Positions 58,217-64,000 of a DNA stretch of 64,000 bases are shown in pieces. The DNA lies in assembly GCA_003553445.1 (NCBI GenBank), contig PWEK01000080.1:7490-71489 (forward strand). The letters run 5' to 3'. Source of the stretch: Elusimicrobiota bacterium (GTDB lineage Bacteria; CG03; SLGR01). The notes under the pieces were generated by a model. It did not search any database. It had not been told where the DNA came from and saw nothing but the letters and a program-made list of their open reading frames with translations. Both the position numbers and the translations under genes were made by a program. Numbering within the stretch: position 1 is the stretch's first letter; each line of letters starts with the position of its first letter.

Positions 58217-61096
58217 TTATCCGCCGCAGCAGTGTTTATATTTCCTCCCGCTTCCGCAGGGGCAGGGGTCATTTCTGCCTACTTTTTCTTTGACCACTCT
58301 CTGCTGAACCTTAGTTTTTGAAGGCTGCCCCCCTCTTCCCGCTCTGGTTGGAATCGCGGATTGCAGGGATTCCTTGGGAATTTCCGCATCAGGTTTTTCA
58401 GCCCTCTGCCGTGTGCCGTAGCCTTTAAGTTTTGAGCTTATTATTTGAGCTGAAGCCCTGAACAAATACCTGATGACTTCCCTCTTTATACTGTCCATAA
58501 GCTGCTCAAACGCCATAAATGACTCGCGTTTGTATTCAACTAAAGGGTCTTTTTGAGCAAAACTGCTTAAACGCACCGATTCTTTAACCTGGTCCAAATC
58601 ATAAAGATGTTCTTTCCACCTGTGGTCAATTACCTGGAGCAGGAGCATCCTCTCCATTTCCGCAAATTTATCCTTTCCCAGGTCTTCTTTTCTTTTTTCG
58701 TATGATTCCTTTAAATTATCTTCCAGGAAACTTCTTAATCCGTCTCTTCCGGAATACAGAAAATCATCTGAATTAATTTTTATGTTGATTCCGAGCCCGG
58801 TAATGAGCTCTGATTCCAGTTTTTCCGTGTCCCACTCCTCGGCGCGTGTTTTTAATGGGATGTTTTCTTCAAGAAGTATATCAACATAATCTTCAATAAA
58901 GCCCATTATTTCTTCTTTTATGTCTTCGCCGCGCAATATTCTGTTTCTATGCGTATATATTGTTCTTCGCTGTTTGTCCATTACATTATCGTAATCGAGA
59001 AGCTGTTTTCGAATATCAAAATTCATTGCTTCAACGAGCTTCTGGGCCTTTTCGATGGATCTTGTGATGAGAGCATGCTCCATCTTCTCCCCTTCTGTGT
59101 GACCCCCAATTTTATTCATTATTGTCATAATCCTGTCGCCGCCGAAAAGCTTCATTAACTCATCTTCAAGAGATACAAAAAATTTAGAGAAACCGGGATC
59201 TCCCTGTCTGCCTGCCCTTCCTCGTAACTGATTATCTATTCTGCGGGATTCATGTCGTTCGGTTCCAATTACATGAAGTCCGCCCTTTTCAATGACCTTT
59301 TTCTGTTCCCTGTCGGTCTGCTCTTTAAATCTTTCATAGTATTTCTGATAAACCTTTTTTGCTTCTTCTTCTTCCTTGTTTTCAGGAGGGGTTTTTTCCG
59401 CCGCCTTTACTATGAGTTCCCGTTCAAAATCCTCCCTCTCCATCTCCTGCCTTGCAAGATATCCGGGGTTTCCTCCAAGTATTATATCAGTTCCGCGGCC
59501 AGCCATATTTGTTGATATCGTAACGGCTTTCAGGCGCCCTGCCTGAGCAATTATTTCTGCTTCCCTCATGTGATACTTGGCATTTAAAACCGTGTGTTTA
59601 ATCCCTCTTTTGCGAAGCATGTTGCCTATGCGCTCGCTTACATCGATAGAGCGGGAACCAACAAGAACCGGACTGCCCTTTTCGTTGAGTTCTTTTATCG
59701 CTTCAACAACTGCGTTAAACTTTTCTTTTTCCGTCATGTATATGGCATCCGGCGCCTCTGTTCTCTGAAGCTCCCTGTTGGTGGGGATTTCCACAACTAA
59801 AAGGTCGTATATTTTATGGAATTCCGACTGTTCGGTCATTGCGGTACCTGTCATTCCGGATAATTTATCGTATAAATTAAAAAAATTCTGAAATGTAACT
59901 GAAGCAAGGGTCTGGTTTTCTCTTTTTATTTTTAATTTTTCTTTTGCTTCAACTGCCTGGTGAAGGCCGTCCGACCACCTTCTTCCGGGCATCAGCCGCC
60001 CGGTAAATTCATCAACAATTACCACCTGACCTTCTTTTATGATGTAATGGACGTCTTTCTTGAAAAATTTATGGGCTTTCAGCGCCTGGTTTATATGGTG
60101 CATCCATTCCCCGGTATCAAGAGTTTTGTATTCGTTTTCTTTGGTGAACATCTTGATTCCCAAAAGCTCCTCAATTTTTTTCTGCCCGCTGGTTGTAAAA
60201 GATACAGACTTATCTTTATGAACCAGTTTTCCGTGAAAACCATCCCTGTCAAGGGCCTCCATCAACTGCCCCTCATCTACATCTTCTTTCCCTATTGTTT
60301 TTTTAACCTTTTCTTTATACTGCTGTTCTTCTTCATAATTATTGAACTCTTTCATTTTGAGGAAAGGTATTACCCTGTCGGCTTTGTAATACTTGTCAGA
60401 AGACTTCTCTGCGGGGCCGGAAATTATTAGGGGTGTCCGCGCTTCGTCTATGAGGACGCTGTCAACCTCGTCAATAATTGCATACTCGAGTTCACCCTGC
60501 ACCTGCTGTTCGGGCCTTATTGCCATATTATCCCTCAGGTAGTCAAATCCTATTTCATTGTTTGTAACATAAACAACATCGCATGCGTATGCCTTCTTTC
60601 TTTCCGGGGGTTTCATGTCGCTTTGTACAAAACCTACTGTAAGCCCCAGCGCCCTGTAAGCCGGCCGCATCCACTCAGCGTCCCTCATGGCCAGGTAGTC
60701 ATTGACCGTTACAACATGAATATTTCTTTCGGCAATTGATTGAAGGTATACAGGTAGAATGGCAACAAGCGTCTTACCCTCTCCGGTTGCCATTTCCGCG
60801 ATTTTTCCCTGAAAAAGGACCGCTCCGCCTATTAACTGCACATCAAAGTGCCTCATTCCCACATTTCTGCGGCTTGCTTCTCTTGCAACGGCAAATGCTT
60901 CAGGCATCAGTTCTTCAAGTGTTTCACCCCCACTGTGGCGATTTTTAAATTCTTCAAGCTTTCCCTTTATTTCTTCATCGGAAAGCTCCTTTATTTCTTT
61001 CTCCAGCTCGTTAACCCTGTCAACTATAGGCTGGAGACTTTTTATCTCTCTACTCGACGAAGAACCGAATATTTTTTCTATTATGTTTTTAAACAT
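58217..61096 (-). CDS. secA: Preprotein translocase ATPase SecA
   Basis: MATGEGKTL Walker A, DEVDSVLIDEARTPLIISG, and a C-terminal zinc motif CPCGSGRKYKHCCG. Confidence 0.97.
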   Translation of the reverse strand: MFKNIIEKIFGSSSSREIKSLQPIVDRVNELEKEIKELSDEEIKGKLEEFKNRHSGGETLEELMPEAFAVAREASRRNVGMRHFDVQLIGGAVLFQGKIAEMATGEGKTLVAILPVYLQSIAERNIHVVTVNDYLAMRDAEWMRPAYRALGLTVGFVQSDMKPPERKKAYACDVVYVTNNEIGFDYLRDNMAIRPEQQVQGELEYAIIDEVDSVLIDEARTPLIISGPAEKSSDKYYKADRVIPFLKMKEFNNYEEEQQYKEKVKKTIGKEDVDEGQLMEALDRDGFHGKLVHKDKSVSFTTSGQKKIEELLGIKMFTKENEYKTLDTGEWMHHINQALKAHKFFKKDVHYIIKEGQVVIVDEFTGRLMPGRRWSDGLHQAVEAKEKLKIKRENQTLASVTFQNFFNLYDKLSGMTGTAMTEQSEFHKIYDLLVVEIPTNRELQRTEAPDAIYMTEKEKFNAVVEAIKELNEKGSPVLVGSRSIDVSERIGNMLRKRGIKHTVLNAKYHMREAEIIAQAGRLKAVTISTNMAGRGTDIILGGNPGYLARQEMEREDFERELIVKAAEKTPPENKEEEEAKKVYQKYYERFKEQTDREQKKVIEKGGLHVIGTERHESRRIDNQLRGRAGRQGDPGFSKFFVSLEDELMKLFGGDRIMTIMNKIGGHTEGEKMEHALITRSIEKAQKLVEAMNFDIRKQLLDYDNVMDKQRRTIYTHRNRILRGEDIKEEIMGFIEDYVDILLEENIPLKTRAEEWDTEKLESELITGLGINIKINSDDFLYSGRDGLRSFLEDNLKESYEKRKEDLGKDKFAEMERMLLLQVIDHRWKEHLYDLDQVKESVRLSSFAQKDPLVEYKRESFMAFEQLMDSIKREVIRYLFRASAQIISSKLKGYGTRQRAEKPDAEIPKESLQSAIPTRAGRGGQPSKTKVQQRVVKEKVGRNDPCPCGSGRKYKHCCGG

Positions 61097-61139
61097 GAAT
61101 TTATAATAACATTATAAGTATGAATTATCAAATATTTAT

Positions 61140-61637
61140 TTACGGCAGGGGTATTAAAATATATTCTTCCTCGGAATAGCGGTCGTAATGCCTTAATACT
61201 CTTAATATAAAGTTTCTTGTTTCTCTATACGGGGGGATTCCGTCATTTCTGCTTACAGCTGTTGGGCCCGCATTGTATGCGGCAAGGGCAAGAGGAATAT
61301 TTCCATCGTATTTCTCCAGCAGCATACTCAAATACAGTATCCCCCCTTTAAGGTTTTCAAGTGGATCCCATATGTCAGTAATCCCAATGTATTCTGCGGT
61401 TGCAGGCATAAGCTGCATGAATCCAACCGCTCCCCTGGGAGATACACAGTAGCTGAAATTAGATTCCACCTTTATAACGCTTCGCGTAAGAGGAGGAGGG
61501 ACGTTGTAGAGCCGGGAAAGTTCTTCAATCCATATATCGGTTTCCCTGCTCCATTGAGCCGCATATGCAGTTACGGAAAGAAATATTATTAATGCGGTTT
61601 TTGCAATAATTATTTTATGGGTATTTATGTCTTTCAT
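61140..61637 (-). CDS. Lytic transglycosylase (SLT domain)
   Basis: Signal peptide, catalytic ESNFS, GFMQLMPATA and AAYNAGP. Confidence 0.85.
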   Translation of the reverse strand: MKDINTHKIIIAKTALIIFLSVTAYAAQWSRETDIWIEELSRLYNVPPPLTRSVIKVESNFSYCVSPRGAVGFMQLMPATAEYIGITDIWDPLENLKGGILYLSMLLEKYDGNIPLALAAYNAGPTAVSRNDGIPPYRETRNFILRVLRHYDRYSEEEYILIPLP

Positions 61638-61658
61638 TTTAATTTTAAAAAGAAAAAG

Positions 61659-62240
61659 CTATAGTATTTTATCAAGATTTTTGTATATTGTGGCCGGATG
61701 AATGAATATTATATCTTTTAAAAAATCCTGAGAAAATATTTTATAGTCATACTGGCACATTGCCGAAACCCTTATGGTGTTTTCCAGCAAGAGGCAGTTG
61801 CTTATTTTTTCATAGTCTATGAGTTTGCTCATATAGCTGTTTTTTCTATGAGCCCAGCTCATCTCGCCTGCCATTCTCAAACCGCTGAATTTACGGACGT
61901 TTATACTGTCTATTAAATTTTGTATGCGTTTTTTTATGCTATTTATATTCAAAAATCCTTTCTCAAGATATGTTTCTTTTTCTGTATACAGTGACAACTG
62001 ACCGGATTTAATTAAATCAGCGGTATCCAGACCTGTTTCTTCTATTTCTTCGGATATCCTCTCTACTTTGTTCTCACAACAGCTGTAAATACATTTTTCC
62101 CCTGATTTAATTCCCTGCTTTATGTATTGAGCCGCTATGCTTAACTGTTCAGGTTTTGTTTCATAAATCAGGGCTATATGCTTGCCTTTTTTTTTAGTTT
62201 TTTTAAATAAAAAAGTGTTTTCTTTTTTTTCTTTTCTCAT
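61659..62240 (-). CDS. Stand-alone MEDS-domain-like protein
   Basis: HIALIYETKPEQ..GEKCIY..LRMAGEMSW..YEK..CQYD spacing resembles the MEDS (DcmR-like) sensory domain. There is no output domain. Confidence 0.45.
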   Translation of the reverse strand: MRKEKKENTFLFKKTKKKGKHIALIYETKPEQLSIAAQYIKQGIKSGEKCIYSCCENKVERISEEIEETGLDTADLIKSGQLSLYTEKETYLEKGFLNINSIKKRIQNLIDSINVRKFSGLRMAGEMSWAHRKNSYMSKLIDYEKISNCLLLENTIRVSAMCQYDYKIFSQDFLKDIIFIHPATIYKNLDKIL

Positions 62241-62347
62241 TTTATTTCTTTAATGATTTGCTAATTAATAATAACATACTCACATTTATTTTTCAATCTG
62301 AGGTTTTGTGCCTTTTTATTTCAACCCCCTCTTAAGTTTTTCCTATT

Positions 62348-63628
62348 TCATTTTTTATTTTCAGGGTTTTTATTCTGCGGTTTCATCTTTTTTTCCCTTC
62401 GTTTTTTATGATAGGAATGAGCAAATCTGTGTGCTTCATCATCAATTCTCTTGAATAATTTGTAGACCCCGGACTCTTCAGAAACCTTCAGTTTTTTTCC
62501 CCCGCTGTAAATTGTTCTGCTTTTTTTAGCAAGGGACACTACCTTTACATGTTTTAATTTAAAGCTGTCCAGAACCTTTCTGGCTGTTTTTCCCTGTGTT
62601 TTTCCGCCGTCAACAAATATAATCTCAGGGATTCTTTTTCTTTCCCGTGTTAGCCTGTGAATTCTTCTGTATAAAACCTCCTTTAACATCTTTAAATCGT
62701 CGGAGGTTTTTTCCTGTTTTATTCTGTATCTTCTGTATGATTTCTTGTCGGGTTTGCCTTTTTTAAAGCAAACCATGCTTCCAACTGCCATATCAGAAGA
62801 TATATGGGATATATCAAAACCTTCTATTATCTGAGGTTTTTGAGGAATGTTCAGTAAGTGTTTAAGCTGGGCCAGGGGATCTGCTTTTTTCAGTACTTCC
62901 AGTTTTTTCTTATTGATTTTCCTGACATTTACCGCGGGAAAAATGCGCTTTATCTCATTCAGCTGGTCTCTTATCTGAGCCGCTTTTTCGTATTCAAGGG
63001 AGTTTTTACAACCCTCCATTTTCTCGCGGAGTTTTTCCGTAAGCTTCTTTTGATCACCCTTTAGAAAAAGTAACAGCTCATTTACATATTCAGAATACTC
63101 CTTTTCATTTACTTTTCCGGCACACGGCGAAAGGCATCTGCCTATTTGATGATTAAGGCAGGGCCGCTGATTTTCTTTCAATTTTCTGCACTTTCTAAGC
63201 TGAAACACCCTGTCTGCTGTTTTTTTTACTGAACGAAGATCCCTCACATTGGGAAACGGACCGAAGTAAAGAGAATTACCGTTGTTTCTCTTCCGGGTTA
63301 TTTTGAGCGCCGGAAATTTTTCTCCGGTCGTGACCTCTAAATATGGATAGGATTTATCGTCCCTGAATGAAATATTATATCTTGGAGAATGAGCTTTTAT
63401 AAGTTTTTCTTCGAGAATGAGCGCTTCTTTTTCGTTTCCCGCCAGCACGAAATCAACTGTTTTAACCTGCGAAACCATGGCTATATGGCGTGAGTTGAGA
63501 TTTGAACCGCCGAAATGGGATCTTACCCTTTCTCTTAAAGACTTTGCCTTTCCAATATATATAATTTCTCCGGAATTATCCATAAAAAGATAAACACCGG
63601 GTTTTCTGGGTAAATCCATTAATTTCAT
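62348..63628 (-). CDS. uvrC: Excinuclease ABC subunit C, compact form lacking the C-terminal (HhH)2 domain
   Basis: GIY-YIG (GVYLF..IIYIGKAKSLRERV), a Cys-rich region, a UVR domain (YEKAAQIRDQL), and an RNase H-like endonuclease domain (IEGFDISH..DGGKTQ..DEAHRFA). The protein ends about 20 aa later. Confidence 0.8.
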   Translation of the reverse strand: MKLMDLPRKPGVYLFMDNSGEIIYIGKAKSLRERVRSHFGGSNLNSRHIAMVSQVKTVDFVLAGNEKEALILEEKLIKAHSPRYNISFRDDKSYPYLEVTTGEKFPALKITRKRNNGNSLYFGPFPNVRDLRSVKKTADRVFQLRKCRKLKENQRPCLNHQIGRCLSPCAGKVNEKEYSEYVNELLLFLKGDQKKLTEKLREKMEGCKNSLEYEKAAQIRDQLNEIKRIFPAVNVRKINKKKLEVLKKADPLAQLKHLLNIPQKPQIIEGFDISHISSDMAVGSMVCFKKGKPDKKSYRRYRIKQEKTSDDLKMLKEVLYRRIHRLTRERKRIPEIIFVDGGKTQGKTARKVLDSFKLKHVKVVSLAKKSRTIYSGGKKLKVSEESGVYKLFKRIDDEAHRFAHSYHKKRREKKMKPQNKNPENKK

Positions 63629-63999
63629 TTTCTTTTTAATATTGTTCGCATTTCTTTAATTTCCGGGGTTTTTATTAAAAGCGAAATTGCCATATAGAAA
63701 AAGAAGCCGAAAACAATAACAGCCGGGGTTCTGATGTAAATATTCCATTCGGATGTAAATATGCCTGCCCTGAATATTACAAAACCAAGAAGAACGGAAG
63801 CCGTTATATGTTTGCGTAAGGAGCTCAATATATTTTTTATGCCTATGTCACCGTGGTGTCTTCTGAAAAACAGAAAAAGCAGCGTAAAATTAATTAAGGC
63901 GGCAAGGGATGTTGCCAGAGCAAGACCCCCGGCTGAAAAGAACTCTTTCAGGCTCTTATTTGTAACGACAAAAATGTTAAGCATTACATTTACTCCCAT
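63625..63999 (-). CDS. murJ: Lipid II flippase MurJ, C-terminal part (5' end lies beyond the window)
   Basis: GGLALATSLAALINFTLLFLFFRR plus terminal TM helices resemble the MurJ C-terminus. The ORF runs open to the window edge. Confidence 0.6.
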   Translation of the reverse strand: MGVNVMLNIFVVTNKSLKEFFSAGGLALATSLAALINFTLLFLFFRRHHGDIGIKNILSSLRKHITASVLLGFVIFRAGIFTSEWNIYIRTPAVIVFGFFFYMAISLLIKTPEIKEMRTILKRK

Positions 64000-64000
64000 T

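Overview
AT-rich, tightly packed chromosomal segment from a diderm bacterium. It is probably an uncultivated FCB-superphylum-like lineage; that inference rests on a T9SS-type C-terminal sorting domain lying next to a PorV/PorQ-like barrel. I can support about 60 protein genes, almost all core or housekeeping. They include: a cation-diffusion-facilitator transporter, a B12-type radical SAM enzyme, an EamA transporter and an ABC1 kinase; a six-gene MoxR/DUF58/vWA/DUF4159/DUF4175 (Bat-like) cluster; a long translation and RNA supraoperon (rimP-nusA-infB-DUF503-rbfA-nrnA-truB-ribF-[GGDEF]-rpsO-pnp-accB); ftsK-lolA-rodZ-pgsA-pgpA-recA-MBL-xerD; a FecR/LpoB-like lipoprotein module; a sugar ABC transporter and metF; an Skp plus beta-barrel island; and prfB-lnt-secA-SLT-MEDS-uvrC-murJ on the minus strand. 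I saw no rRNA or tRNA genes, CRISPR arrays, transposases, phage genes or recognisable defence systems, so this looks like an ordinary core region, not an accessory island. Gene orientation flips from + to - at about 51.2 kb. The only large non-coding gap (52244-52900) contains a 28-nt sequence with XerC/XerD dif architecture, so the window probably spans the replication terminus. Other sequence-level observations: the prfB +1 programmed frameshift; a lipoprotein gene that seems to need an ATT start; a promoter plus hairpin leader ahead of rimP-nusA; an exact 28-nt element found 2-3 nt after two unrelated stop codons; an unannotated bS22-like mini-ORF; and a start-less two-TM open frame. The best candidates for poorly characterised multi-gene biology are the Bat-like cluster, the FecR/LpoB/lipoprotein module and the Skp/beta-barrel island. 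None of them is demonstrably new from sequence alone. All functional calls come from by-eye motif recognition; no database search was run.
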